IMG/VR virus record: IMGVR_UViG_2565956931_000003
Coordinates: 1-64,000 of that record
Reading direction: 5' to 3' (one strand)
DNA length: 64,000 nucleotides
DNA from: an uncultured virus (IMG/VR IMGVR_UViG_2565956931_000003)
Lineage: Duplodnaviria; Heunggongvirae; Uroviricota; Caudoviricetes
Shown here: piece by piece, positions 38,701-48,524 of the stretch
Position numbering within the stretch: position 1 is the first letter of the stretch
How the letters are laid out: each line of letters starts with the position of its first letter
Notes under the pieces: model-generated
Told to the model about the DNA's origin: nothing
The model's input: only the letters and a program-made list of their open reading frames with translations
Databases searched by the model: none
Made by a program: the position numbers and the translations under genes

Positions 38701-40245
38701 TTAAGCTTTAACAGTACTTACACGAGCAAAACCACCAATACCTGCTTTACCAGTATTACCATTACTTTCGGTTGCAAGACCAGGTTCACCAACAATGAGT
38801 GTCATATATTGAATTTTTTCACTGATATTAGAATATCTACAAACCAATAATCCGCCACTAGCACCGCCACCACCTAAACCCCAACCAAGATCACCGACTC
38901 CATTTGCGCCATCTCCACCTGCACCCCAATTACCCTCAGGACTTACTGAAGAACCGCCTACATGATTAGTTTGATTTGCAGCTATACCTGCATTACCAAG
39001 TTTTCTAGAAATCTCAGTTAAGTTTGAATTTATAGTGATTGCCGTAGGTAACCCACCAGCACCATTTGAAAAATAACTACCGTTAGACCATTGCCCACTA
39101 GTACCACCTTTACCACCCCCCACTAATGCTAAATCAAGTTCATTTAAACGTAAGCGAGTATCACCACCATCTGTACCATGGGCCATTCTTCCAGCTTCCC
39201 AAATACTGCCACCGCCGCCGCCACCAGCACCTACTAAAATGAATTCTTTTTGCTCTTTTGGTTGGATTGGAATGATATACACACCAGGTACTGTGTAATC
39301 GCCATTACCATCATTAAGTGTTTCTGCAGCAACTTGAATTACAGACCAACTTACAATTCCAGAATACCCAATTCGGTTTTGCCCAGAACGATTCCAAACT
39401 TCATAATCAAATGACTTTTCAGAACGCGTTATTGTCCACGCTTCATGCGTGCTTTCAGGTGTTAAATGGATAGCATATTTTGAGTCACGTAAGTCAGTTA
39501 CCTTTCCACCCAAATCAATAGTAGCTTTAGACCCAATGTTTACCCCTGCTCCCAATAATTTCGGATATTGAGAATCTAAATATTTTTTTAAATCCGTTAG
39601 CTGCTGACCTAAATTTTGGGATGAAGTATCTAATCCATTAATTTGGCGCTGTAAATCATCATCTTTTTCTTTTACGTCTTTTCTAAAAGCATATTGTGAA
39701 TGTGGATCATTATGATTTAAGTGTTCTTTGATTATTTTCTGTATTAACGCCCCGTATTGCGGGTGTGGATCCTCATCTGCACTATGCTGGTTCATCAACA
39801 TCACTGCAATTGGAGTATTTGGATCAATTTTTATAGTTACATTTTTTAAATTAACGTCAGTTAAAACAAATCCAAAAGTAACGATAGCAACCACGTTTGC
39901 ATGCAGTGACATGATTGATTGAACTTCTGTAGTTGACGCTACTGCAAGTAAAGTGCCGTCTGATAGGTAAATACCCATCTCAAACACTTCCATTGTTAAA
40001 GTGGGCTCAATACTCATTACAAAACGCAAAGTACCCGTTTCTGTATCTACACCACCACCGTTAAGAGAAAATCTAGCTAATTCATTTTTAAGAGAAGTTA
40101 GGTTTTTCGCTTCCACTGATGCATCAAATTTGCCGGTACCAACAGCAAGATGGGTAAGCTCCCCCCCAAAGCTAGCAACATCGCTCACTTTATTTAATGC
40201 ATTCCGACCTGCGTCAGTTAAAAAGAAGTTAATAGCCATAACCAC
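38701..40245 (-). CDS. Side tail fibre protein
   Basis: Baseplate-attachment N-terminus (LTDAGRNAL...LKNELAR), DPHPQY repeats, glycine-rich C-terminus. Confidence 0.8.
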   Translation of the reverse strand: MVMAINFFLTDAGRNALNKVSDVASFGGELTHLAVGTGKFDASVEAKNLTSLKNELARFSLNGGGVDTETGTLRFVMSIEPTLTMEVFEMGIYLSDGTLLAVASTTEVQSIMSLHANVVAIVTFGFVLTDVNLKNVTIKIDPNTPIAVMLMNQHSADEDPHPQYGALIQKIIKEHLNHNDPHSQYAFRKDVKEKDDDLQRQINGLDTSSQNLGQQLTDLKKYLDSQYPKLLGAGVNIGSKATIDLGGKVTDLRDSKYAIHLTPESTHEAWTITRSEKSFDYEVWNRSGQNRIGYSGIVSWSVIQVAAETLNDGNGDYTVPGVYIIPIQPKEQKEFILVGAGGGGGGSIWEAGRMAHGTDGGDTRLRLNELDLALVGGGKGGTSGQWSNGSYFSNGAGGLPTAITINSNLTEISRKLGNAGIAANQTNHVGGSSVSPEGNWGAGGDGANGVGDLGWGLGGGGASGGLLVCRYSNISEKIQYMTLIVGEPGLATESNGNTGKAGIGGFARVSTVKA

Positions 40246-40268
40246 CCACCCATATGATTTATTGATCT

Positions 40269-40309
40269 ATGGTAGTTATGAAGAATAGGTATTTAAGTGG
40301 GCAGTTCCA
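40269..40309 (-). promoter_or_regulatory. Late promoter (tail fibre operon)
   Basis: TGGAAC-N29-TACCAT. Confidence 0.7.
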
Positions 40310-40314
40310 TATAA

Positions 40315-42306
40315 CTAATCATTTTCTTTTTCAGCTGCTTCTCTTAAAGCACTGAATCTTGATTTACGTTCAGCTTGTTCACGGCCTTCCGGTGTATCGT
40401 CAGTGACATTTACAGTTTCGTAAGCTTCAGTGTAGTGAACGTTTTCTAAGAATAAGAAAGCAAAAGCATCACCAATATCCGGTGATTTAATTCCCATACG
40501 TTTCATTTCGTCTTTGCTCAAGATTTTATAACGAGCAAAGTCATCGAACCGGTATGGAACGTGGATTAGTTGGTCTTTAATTTTAACATTGTGTTTCTTC
40601 GTTTTTATTTTAAAACGTCCATTTGCGATTGCTCGAGCTAAGCCCACATAAGCTAATGAACGTTTATTCGTAAACTCTTTTCTATTGTCATTACTAAAAC
40701 ATTGTGAGCCCCAATAAACAGGAACGTAGAAAATACCTTGCTTTTTAAGATACTGGCCTAAACCTTTACCTGCCCCGTTGTCATCTACAACCAAGTTAGC
40801 ATTTGGGTACTGTAAAAGTAGCTCATTAATCTTTGCAAATAGTTCTAAGATATCATCTCTGTTTTTGCATAATGGAATATCTACAACTTCTACACGGCGT
40901 GCACGCTCCCCCCATTGCGATTCGCCCCAAACTTTAGATACAACAATTACTGAATCGTCACGACCAACACCACCACCAACGTCAACCGTAATGACATAAC
41001 CGAATTGATGGTCATCAAAAATACTCGCGCCAACATACATTTCTTCTGTTTGACGTTTGGTAATTAAGAACTCATCCGATAAGTCTGGGAATTCACCTAG
41101 AACACGGATCTTGTACTGAGCGTCTTCACGGCTTCCATACTTTTGCCGTTGTTCTTCTAAAGATTGCTTACTAACTAATGGTGACTCTTCCCCGTTAAAT
41201 GTGAGAGCAATCCAAACACCACCAGCTCGATGACTTAACTTGTGATGAGTCTCATAGAACATACCCGCATTACGGGTAGGTTGCGACGTCATTACGGCAC
41301 GGTTGTCTTCGTGAGTTAATGCACCAAACGCTACATCCAGTACAGCATCATCTACACCGCTGGCCTCATCGACCCAGACCATGTAGTTATCGCCGTGGTT
41401 ACCAGCCAAGTTTGTAGGTTGATGTTTTGGTGCTGTCTTAGCAAAGACATACCATTTTTCTTTGTAGCCTTTAATGTAAACGAGTTCAGACTGGTACCCG
41501 ACATAATCAGCAAGCCAAGCCAAAGGCCCTTGCTTCAATCGTGCTAGATTGATACTGATTTCTTTCCAGACTTGTTTCTTTAACTGCCCGATCTGGGGGG
41601 CAGTAAACATCATGATTGATTCATCAAAAAACAAGAGATGCCATAAGGCAACAATACCGGCACTGGCCGTTTTACCAGTGTTATGTAGTACTAAGTCATC
41701 TTCACCTAAGAAAAATGGATCTGGATCGAGTACAAAACCGTAATATTTACCTTCACCCAGCTCGGCAACGGATGTGATTTTTAAAGGCTCATGATCCCCA
41801 TCAACAAGCCTATATGATGCAAACTGTTCTCTATTTTTTGGCTTTAGGTTCATGTATTGAGAAACAAGTAATTCAATCTTGTCGCCCTTTGACCAGCCGT
41901 TACCATCGTATAAAGAGATTAAGCAAAGGATATGCGATTTATTGAATGTATGAGCTTTGCCATTCTCATATTCAAACCGGTACATATCCTGATAACCAGT
42001 TACTGTTTTAATTACATCTAGTTCAGTCTTACCATCTGCAGCAAGGATCTTGTGATTTAGGTTAATGCGCTCAACTGGGATAAATTCCCCATTGGCTAAT
42101 TTGATTAAAGTCCCTTTTCCAAAACAACCGTGACCTGAAGCTACGGATGTACGACTACCATCAAATGCAATAGATTCAAATAGTAATTCTTGTTGCCATG
42201 TGGGTTCGACACCTAATGCTTCTACGGCGAAAGCATAGATGTCGTATCGATAACGCTCACAAAGTTCCCACCATTCGGGAATTTCTTTTAATGGTGCCAA
42301 AGCCAT
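40315..42306 (-). CDS. terL: Terminase large subunit (PacB-like) containing an intein
   Basis: Walker A SGHG/TGKT split by intein; VDEASG Walker B; RNase H nuclease VDVGGG...SPDIGDA. Confidence 0.92.
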   Translation of the reverse strand: MALAPLKEIPEWWELCERYRYDIYAFAVEALGVEPTWQQELLFESIAFDGSRTSVASGHGCFGKGTLIKLANGEFIPVERINLNHKILAADGKTELDVIKTVTGYQDMYRFEYENGKAHTFNKSHILCLISLYDGNGWSKGDKIELLVSQYMNLKPKNREQFASYRLVDGDHEPLKITSVAELGEGKYYGFVLDPDPFFLGEDDLVLHNTGKTASAGIVALWHLLFFDESIMMFTAPQIGQLKKQVWKEISINLARLKQGPLAWLADYVGYQSELVYIKGYKEKWYVFAKTAPKHQPTNLAGNHGDNYMVWVDEASGVDDAVLDVAFGALTHEDNRAVMTSQPTRNAGMFYETHHKLSHRAGGVWIALTFNGEESPLVSKQSLEEQRQKYGSREDAQYKIRVLGEFPDLSDEFLITKRQTEEMYVGASIFDDHQFGYVITVDVGGGVGRDDSVIVVSKVWGESQWGERARRVEVVDIPLCKNRDDILELFAKINELLLQYPNANLVVDDNGAGKGLGQYLKKQGIFYVPVYWGSQCFSNDNRKEFTNKRSLAYVGLARAIANGRFKIKTKKHNVKIKDQLIHVPYRFDDFARYKILSKDEMKRMGIKSPDIGDAFAFLFLENVHYTEAYETVNVTDDTPEGREQAERKSRFSALREAAEKEND
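41680..42126 (-). mobile_element. Mini-intein (149 aa, no homing endonuclease)
   Basis: Begins CFGKGTLIKLANG, block B NKSH, ends YYGF...VLHN followed by Thr +1. Confidence 0.9.
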
Positions 42307-42325
42307 ACCGTAAAAACACCATTAA

Positions 42326-42883
42326 TTAAAAGATTGAAAAAGGAAGCATTGTTGGATCTACTGCATCTTCTTCAAACTGATTCCCTTCAGTAATTGAAAA
42401 GCCTTTTGCAATTTTTGTACTAGCCCAAACAGCTAACAGGATTGCAATGTGGCCGTTGTTTAAGCTGCTGCTATCAAATTCCTGCTGAAGGCCGTTTTTA
42501 TCGACTTTACGGATTTCAAGTACGTTCTTAGGGTTGTACTGGTTTAACTTCGGCTCAATTTCAATTAATTTTGCTCTGTAACGAGCTTGATAAATTGAAA
42601 TCACTTCCTCTAAGTGGTCTTTAGCATTGAAACTTAATTGCCAATTCTGTACTTGGTCCGGTGAGTCAGTTACTACAACCGTTTGATCTCTTAAATCACT
42701 TGGTACAGGTAAATTTGAATAAACGGCTGTTTTTTGAATAACAAGCTCACCAGTATCCGCAAATGCGGCTCCAATGAGACGAATCGGTTGATCAGAAAAC
42801 CCAGCAACACGACTGTCAATACGAATAATTCCAGACATTACTTGTATCCTTAGCGCCGTTTGCGTTCTAACTTGGTTTGGCAT
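42326..42883 (-). CDS. Conserved phage hypothetical protein (true start probably MSGIIRI)
   Basis: ORF between the TraR-like gene and terL. Confidence 0.55.
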   Translation of the reverse strand: MPNQVRTQTALRIQVMSGIIRIDSRVAGFSDQPIRLIGAAFADTGELVIQKTAVYSNLPVPSDLRDQTVVVTDSPDQVQNWQLSFNAKDHLEEVISIYQARYRAKLIEIEPKLNQYNPKNVLEIRKVDKNGLQQEFDSSSLNNGHIAILLAVWASTKIAKGFSITEGNQFEEDAVDPTMLPFSIF

Positions 42884-43050
42884 TCAATGCAGAATTTCAC
42901 GCCACCTAAAGAACGGCGGCGCTCTGGTATTTCTTCACCACATTCAACACATTCTTTTTCAGATTCGCCGTCAAAACGGCATCGATTTGCAATTTCTTGC
43001 TGCAATAAATAATCAGCACTTTCTTGTGCCTTATCGATTAAGTCAGTCAT
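42850..43050 (-). CDS. TraR/DksA C4 zinc-finger protein
   Basis: MTDLIDKAQE...CVECGEEIPERRR...CIECQ. Confidence 0.9.
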   Translation of the reverse strand: MTDLIDKAQESADYLLQQEIANRCRFDGESEKECVECGEEIPERRRSLGGVKFCIECQTKLERKRR

Positions 43051-43858
43051 CTATACGCTCAACTGTAATTTCACCTGTTTCTCTGTCACCCTTCAAACGT
43101 TGATGGTCGAGTGGCGTGTACTGATCAGCTTGCACTACAACTTTGTCGTTGATTGCGGGCTGTTCCGTTGCTGAGCCGTCAGGTTCATACCCATTACCCG
43201 TGTTTTGATCGAAAGGACCACCGAAACCGATAACGTTAGGTGTGTAACCCACAAGCTGAATATCTACAGTTGAGATAGAAAGATTGATTGCTTCGCTTGG
43301 GACTGGTGATGGAAAAAGTTCATTTTCAAATACAGTGAATGTTGAATTAACAACATGATCATTCCATTGCTGAAATGGCACATTAAAACGGCGGTTATCA
43401 CTGCTAGACATGTACGCGCAAAATTGCCCAATGACTGAACGCAGATCGTTAGGATTGGTGGCAAAAAATGCGATTTGAGCTCTTACAGTTGTTGGTACTA
43501 GACGAACTTTTACCCGCTTCTCATCAATGACCGTTTCAATAAAATCAGGCACTGGTAATAATTGATTTACATCAGGGGGTTGGTCAGTTAACGCTGTTGC
43601 AGTAAGCATTACAGGTAAAAGCACTTTGGATTCTTCCTCATGCTTCTGGCTTTTTCTATATTCAGAAAGCATTGCTTCTGAATCGTCCATCATCCGTGAC
43701 GGACATGCTTTTATAGCGTTACCAATGGCTCTCAACTTCCAGTCTGCCGTTAATTGTGTCTCAGGCATATACCAAGCACGAAAATTGACAAGCTGCTTAT
43801 ACCAAGCGTTTTGGATGCATTTAAGCGAATCGTTGGGGTAATTCATTTTTACCCCCAT
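43043..43858 (-). CDS. Putative tail completion/terminator protein
   Basis: 271-aa ORF in virion module; context. Confidence 0.45.
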   Translation of the reverse strand: MGVKMNYPNDSLKCIQNAWYKQLVNFRAWYMPETQLTADWKLRAIGNAIKACPSRMMDDSEAMLSEYRKSQKHEEESKVLLPVMLTATALTDQPPDVNQLLPVPDFIETVIDEKRVKVRLVPTTVRAQIAFFATNPNDLRSVIGQFCAYMSSSDNRRFNVPFQQWNDHVVNSTFTVFENELFPSPVPSEAINLSISTVDIQLVGYTPNVIGFGGPFDQNTGNGYEPDGSATEQPAINDKVVVQADQYTPLDHQRLKGDRETGEITVERIDD

Positions 43859-44754
43859 ACACTAAAGATACTGCCAAAAGACTTTTTCGGCTTTTTAGGT
43901 TTCTCTTTTACGTTTGGATTGTCCAAACTTTTAATGATTTGTTCAGCTTGTTGTTGTACTGAATCAAAACTCTTCACAGGATTTACCATACCCGTATAGA
44001 GTTCTTTTTTGCGTTCTTCTCTAAGTTGTTGCAGGCGTTTCTGTTTATCAAATTTTTCTGATAATTCACCCACTAATCCTTGAGCATTTCCTAACTCGGT
44101 TAATAGATGCAGCTGACTATTGATATTGTCGTATGTCTGTAAAATTTGATCTTCAAGTAATTGGGCAATAATAATTTCGGGCTGTGATAACTGTGAAATA
44201 TCTGTTGCGCTATCAAAGCAAGAAACAACACCTTCTGGCTCTTCAGGAACAAATAATCCATCAAATAACTGACCATCCCCTACATTACTTGCATAATTTG
44301 GTTGTGCAACGAAATCAAAACCAAAAAAACCCGTTGGAATTAAACGGCCACCGACATTCTTGTAATTGACTGATGTGCTAAAACCACCCGCTTGGGCTTT
44401 ATAATCTTGTAATGCGATCTCACCAGGCTCGTTATCATAAAACTCTTCTCGGTGTTCAACTGTTCCATCCTTTGAAGCACGTAATTCAATTGTTTTAAAC
44501 GCCCGTGAAAGATATACAACTTTACCTTTAATGATCACCGTTTCAGGCGGCACCATACCATAGCGCTGTCGAATTTGATGACCGTAAAAACCTTGTAATG
44601 AATTAGTAGCAACCATTTCTTGTACATGGTCACTGTTGATCAAGTTGACCATTGCATCTACATCGACATTACTTCGATCAACACCGGTAAATTTACGGCA
44701 TCGGTCATGTAAGTTGTAAGATAGAACTTTTGTCTTTCTATTTTTGCTAGCCAT
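43849..44754 (-). CDS. Prohead protease (P1 Pro-like)
   Basis: GFYGH, GGFS and GFDFVAQPNY motifs (His/Ser/Asp assemblin-type). Confidence 0.75.
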   Translation of the reverse strand: MASKNRKTKVLSYNLHDRCRKFTGVDRSNVDVDAMVNLINSDHVQEMVATNSLQGFYGHQIRQRYGMVPPETVIIKGKVVYLSRAFKTIELRASKDGTVEHREEFYDNEPGEIALQDYKAQAGGFSTSVNYKNVGGRLIPTGFFGFDFVAQPNYASNVGDGQLFDGLFVPEEPEGVVSCFDSATDISQLSQPEIIIAQLLEDQILQTYDNINSQLHLLTELGNAQGLVGELSEKFDKQKRLQQLREERKKELYTGMVNPVKSFDSVQQQAEQIIKSLDNPNVKEKPKKPKKSFGSIFSVWG

Positions 44755-44783
44755 AAAAAAGCCCCAATGCTGTGATTGAGGCT

Positions 44784-44824
44784 ATTGTTTCAGTTGTTCT
44801 ATAGTTGAAATTTAATCAGTTCCA
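44784..44824 (-). promoter_or_regulatory. Late promoter (protease-terL operon)
   Basis: TGGAAC-N29-AACAAT; hairpin 44760-44783 covers GGGG RBS. Confidence 0.7.
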
Positions 44825-44826
44825 AA

Positions 44827-45054
44827 TCAAATCTTTTGATCAAACTCAATTAATTCCAATAGCTTGTCATGCTGTTTATCTTCAATGGTTGCATCAAAGA
44901 TGTACCCACTTTTAAGAGAAATAAAAACATCATAAAAGCGCTCATGGATCATGCCTCCTCGATGTTCACTTTCGGAGACTTGCAAACAATCCATTTGAGA
45001 TAAGTCAATTAATTGAGAACAAGCACGTTTTCTACAAAAGATTTTTAATCGCAT
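44827..45054 (-). CDS. Hypothetical protein
   Basis: 75-aa ORF with RBS. Confidence 0.55.
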   Translation of the reverse strand: MRLKIFCRKRACSQLIDLSQMDCLQVSESEHRGGMIHERFYDVFISLKSGYIFDATIEDKQHDKLLELIEFDQKI

Positions 45055-45065
45055 ACTTCACCCAA

Positions 45066-45524
45066 TTACTTAACAAGAGTGCCTTCAACACCACGAGCAC
45101 GGCGCTCAGCTGTACGTTTATTAAATTCTTCTAGCGCACTTTCCATATAAATAATGGCTTGTTTGTTGAACTCACTCGGAAATTTTTCATCCAAGGTTTT
45201 AGTACGGTGAATAAGTACTTTTAACAATGCTTCACTAGTAACCCCATTCACCCCATGTTCTGGAATTGGGCCATCTTGAAAATGAATACTGATTTCAAAA
45301 TCTTTTGCATTTTGGTTTTCAGGATTTGCTGAAATCTTATAGTAATGGCCCTGAGCATATTCCGTAATGCCTTCAACCACTTCCCCTTTAATAACTTTAT
45401 CAATTTCTTGTGGTTCTAATTCATGGCTAGCATATCCTAAGAAATGATCAATTAATAAGTTTTCTCCCTGACCATTGATAGGTTCTGCGATTCCTACTAA
45501 AACATTGTCTTGAGCTTGTTGCAT
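45066..45524 (-). CDS. tad1: Tad1-like cyclic-nucleotide sponge (anti-Thoeris/anti-CBASS)
   Basis: GHYYKI...IHFQDGPIPEHGVNGVTSEALL...NKQAIIYMESAL...RTAERRARGVEGT follows the Tad1 family pattern. Confidence 0.7.
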   Translation of the reverse strand: MQQAQDNVLVGIAEPINGQGENLLIDHFLGYASHELEPQEIDKVIKGEVVEGITEYAQGHYYKISANPENQNAKDFEISIHFQDGPIPEHGVNGVTSEALLKVLIHRTKTLDEKFPSEFNKQAIIYMESALEEFNKRTAERRARGVEGTLVK

Positions 45525-45555
45525 ATAAAAAAGTCCTGAACTAATGAACAGGACT

Positions 45556-45596
45556 ATGAAATCATTTTGTATTTGAGCGCTAACTCAACAGTTCCA
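45556..45596 (-). promoter_or_regulatory. Late promoter (tad1-like gene)
   Basis: TGGAAC-N29-TTTCAT (deviant -10); hairpin AGTCCTG/CAGGACT covers the RBS. Confidence 0.55.
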
Positions 45597-45602
45597 ATTG
45601 AA

Positions 45603-46217
45603 TTAAAGGAAGTTATAGACTGCATAAGGCTTAGCTGTTATTGCCGCTGCAAAGCTTGTGGTGCCTAAATCTCTATAAAATGCCATTGAGTGAACTTTAA
45701 CGACAATATTGGCTGGTACTAAACGGCGTAATATCGGTGACAGCTCTACCACTTCATTTGCATCAACAGTTTTATCTAAAACAATTCTAATCCGACTTGT
45801 TAAGAAGTAATTTGGCTTTTCAAAATCAGACAAATAGGCTGGATATTCTTTTAGCTTTTCCAAGCTATGCCATAGCCGGATAATCTGAAAATGATCTTTC
45901 CCCCACAACATTCGTAAAACAAACTCTAAAAACGCTAATCCTCTTTTATTACCCATGCTGCTCCAATTGGCATAGATAATTCGCATTAACGTGTCAGAGG
46001 TGTTATTTCGGCGTAATACAACAAGTCCGTTTTGTTTAGAGAACCGTTCTACAACTGTTTTACTACCGATATGAGGACAACCGTAATCCAATAAATCTTG
46101 TATGGACTGTTCAAAGTTTTGTGCAAATACTTGTTTAAATGCTTTAGCAAGTGCGGTTTGCAAGCCCGTACTCACATATTGTTCATCGATAGGCCGAGTA
46201 AAGCTTATAGGGTCCAT
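45603..46217 (-). CDS. Baseplate wedge protein (gpI-like)
   Basis: KRGLAFLEFVL...LRRLVPANIV; follows the J-like gene. Confidence 0.65.
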   Translation of the reverse strand: MDPISFTRPIDEQYVSTGLQTALAKAFKQVFAQNFEQSIQDLLDYGCPHIGSKTVVERFSKQNGLVVLRRNNTSDTLMRIIYANWSSMGNKRGLAFLEFVLRMLWGKDHFQIIRLWHSLEKLKEYPAYLSDFEKPNYFLTSRIRIVLDKTVDANEVVELSPILRRLVPANIVVKVHSMAFYRDLGTTSFAAAITAKPYAVYNFL

Positions 46218-47659
46218 GTAGCCCCCGAAATATCAGCGGTGCGTTCCAACTCAACAGTAATGCTGTCTTTTGTCACATACACCCACTCATTAGGCTTATT
46301 CAACTCATTTGAAAGCATAATGGTAAAGTCACTCATCCGGTCTTGGAAAGCCACAATATTGTCATTAATCAGCTTCCCCATTTCTTGCGTATTAAAGCCA
46401 TTAACCAGCCAACGACTTGAGCTCAATGATTCACGCCCGTAACGTTCTACAAGTAATTCTTTGATCTGTGTCTTAACCATATCTGTGTTATGTACAGAAG
46501 CCAAAGAGCCTTTAATTTTTACTTCAATTGGCTTTTCTACAACTTCATGTACATTCACTTTACCTTCATACAAGTTATCGCAATAACCAATATACCGACA
46601 GATATCTTGTTCTAACGTTGCTTGTTCAGCTGGGTTCTTGGCAACCACCACAAGATTTAAATGATTTATGTCGCGGTATGTAATGGCAAAGTGTTGCTCT
46701 TGCAACGTTTCATTCCAGACAGAAATAAACTGTGCCCGTTTCATAAATTTTTTACGGACTGCATAGTCAAAGTTGCCGAGAAATACCGCATCTTCATCGT
46801 AAAGTGATGGATAGCTTGATAATAAACGTAATTCTGATACAGCTAACGGATCTACGCCCTCTCTAATCAGTCCACCAGCTTTAAAACGCACTGATACCCG
46901 CTGTTCATCATTAGTAAGTACATCAAGTAAGGCCGCATCTTTTAAACGATTAACATCAACTTCCCCGTATGTCTCAAGAATTCCAATTATTACTGTTTCA
47001 TTGGCTTGCAGAGTACGACCAGCTCTCTCAGAATCGCCAAACTCAATAAACAATCTTCTTAGATTATCTGTAGTAACAGTTACAGCATATTCACCTGGTT
47101 CAACATTCATCCAGCGCGGCTTAATTACATAGTTATTATTGCCCTGCTTAACCGAAATATTTGCAAGTGAAAGGTCCTCTAAAAGGTCTATTCGATATTT
47201 ATGGAACCCTTCAGTAACTGGTACAACATATTTAATTTCACGGTATTCACTTTGTTCTGCTATTACTTCCGCCGTCTCACCAGCTTTAACAGTAATTGAT
47301 TGAAGCAACCGCCATACTCTACCGCCGCTATGGTCCTCAATCATTCGCCCTTGACTTAAGCTCACAGCATTTGTTGACCGGTTGATAATTTCTATTAAGT
47401 GCTGACACGGTGTACCTATAGGCAAAATGCCTTTATTTGTAGCATCCGCAATAATTGAGCGGTCACGTGTTTTGGTAAATGGTTCAATTGAAGCAATATC
47501 GATTTCTGGACCAAATGCAGTCAAAAAACTAGCCATAGAACGCAGCTGGTGAACGACAAGTGGATCTTGAGCTTTATAGCGTTCCTGAATCTCATAATCA
47601 TCTATCGCTGCTTGGAGCTGGGCTTCAAAATCAGCTTGCGTTAATGTCATATGTCTCAC
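46205..47659 (-). CDS. Baseplate J-like wedge protein (P1 BplA-like)
   Basis: FIEFGD...G motif, AVFLGNFD, size and position. Confidence 0.7.
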   Translation of the reverse strand: MRHMTLTQADFEAQLQAAIDDYEIQERYKAQDPLVVHQLRSMASFLTAFGPEIDIASIEPFTKTRDRSIIADATNKGILPIGTPCQHLIEIINRSTNAVSLSQGRMIEDHSGGRVWRLLQSITVKAGETAEVIAEQSEYREIKYVVPVTEGFHKYRIDLLEDLSLANISVKQGNNNYVIKPRWMNVEPGEYAVTVTTDNLRRLFIEFGDSERAGRTLQANETVIIGILETYGEVDVNRLKDAALLDVLTNDEQRVSVRFKAGGLIREGVDPLAVSELRLLSSYPSLYDEDAVFLGNFDYAVRKKFMKRAQFISVWNETLQEQHFAITYRDINHLNLVVVAKNPAEQATLEQDICRYIGYCDNLYEGKVNVHEVVEKPIEVKIKGSLASVHNTDMVKTQIKELLVERYGRESLSSSRWLVNGFNTQEMGKLINDNIVAFQDRMSDFTIMLSNELNKPNEWVYVTKDSITVELERTADISGATWTL

Positions 47660-47969
47660 CTGTTACTGATTTACCCAATCGGTCTGCTACTTGGTTAAGA
47701 TCTATATTCACATTCATGATGCTTAAATGAATATGAACCGTCTCAAATCCTTCGGTTTGTGAATACAGGGCTAATTGGTCAGAGTTAAGCTCAGATAATA
47801 TTGGTAGATCCTTTTTCATCTTAATAAGAAAACTATCTGCCACCCTCGAGTCTAAAGGTGCCATTAGCAAATCATAAAGAGGTGCACCAAAGTCAGAACC
47901 ATACTTCCCATTAACCGGATGATTAAGCCAGTACTCAACCATGTCTAAAATTGTTTTAGATGTGATCAT
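47631..47969 (-). CDS. Baseplate gp25/gpW-like protein
   Basis: WLNHPVNGKYGSDFGAPLYDLL. Confidence 0.7.
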   Translation of the reverse strand: MITSKTILDMVEYWLNHPVNGKYGSDFGAPLYDLLMAPLDSRVADSFLIKMKKDLPILSELNSDQLALYSQTEGFETVHIHLSIMNVNIDLNQVADRLGKSVTGETYDINAS

Positions 47970-48325
47970 TAGGAAGTTGCTCTATTACTGAAAATCATCA
48001 AAAGCTTTACTAGTATTGCAGTGCCAATCTGATAAGTTGAAAAAATGGTGAAATAGATTATGAATATCCATAATGAAACGCTTAATGCATCAAAATATGA
48101 AGCAACGTTATAGATTCGCCAATCAACAAGAATAATAGTGATCAATACACATGCCATACTTATGAAATACATATATCTGATTTCTTTAAATAAGAGGCTT
48201 ATAGGTACATGACGGAATTGTTTAATATACGCAGCTTTATTCTTGCTATTCCATCCTGTAACAACGGAAAGATAAGCTAAAAATGCAAGAATTAAGACAA
48301 TATCAATACCGATTTGAATTTGCAT
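47969..48325 (-). CDS. Three-TM membrane protein (118 aa)
   Basis: Start reassigned to ATG 48325 (AAGGGT RBS and late promoter); hydrophobic segments. Confidence 0.65.
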   Translation of the reverse strand: MQIQIGIDIVLILAFLAYLSVVTGWNSKNKAAYIKQFRHVPISLLFKEIRYMYFISMACVLITIILVDWRIYNVASYFDALSVSLWIFIIYFTIFSTYQIGTAILVKLLMIFSNRATS

Positions 48326-48354
48326 AAAAAACACCCTTAATAAGAACTGTATTA

Positions 48355-48395
48355 AGGGTATTGCTTTTGTATATATGTAAGCGTGAATGGTTCCA
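48355..48395 (-). promoter_or_regulatory. Late promoter (membrane protein-baseplate operon)
   Basis: TGGAAC-N29-TACCCT; perfect hairpin ACCCTTAATA/TATTAAGGGT. Confidence 0.7.
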
Positions 48396-48433
48396 TATTT
48401 GAAAATAAGAAATGCATGGATTATTATATATAC

Positions 48434-48522
48434 AAAGCCCGCTCCACTTTTGACACGAGAACGTATAGGGTCATAAGTGTAGGTTAGAAGATGTCGCAAC
48501 CCATCTCTAACTACCGGGCTTT
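48434..48522 (-). ncRNA. Candidate structured RNA (three-way junction) immediately after the RNase-domain gene
   Basis: P1 AAAGCCCG/CGGGCTTT; P2 GTAGTTAGAGATG/CATCTTCTAACCTAC; P3 ACTTATGAC/GTCAAAAGT; loops are partly complementary. Confidence 0.55.
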
Positions 48523-48524
48523 TT

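Noticed and set aside
16013..40245. DGR or Cin/Gin-type fibre switching
   Set aside because: No reverse transcriptase, invertase, or TR/VR pair seen; internal fibre repeats are old and diverged
48434..48522. tRNA, hammerhead ribozyme or purine riboswitch identity for the structured element
   Set aside because: Lacks cloverleaf/TTC/CCA, the CUGAUGA-GAAA core, and purine-riboswitch junction sequences; left unclassified
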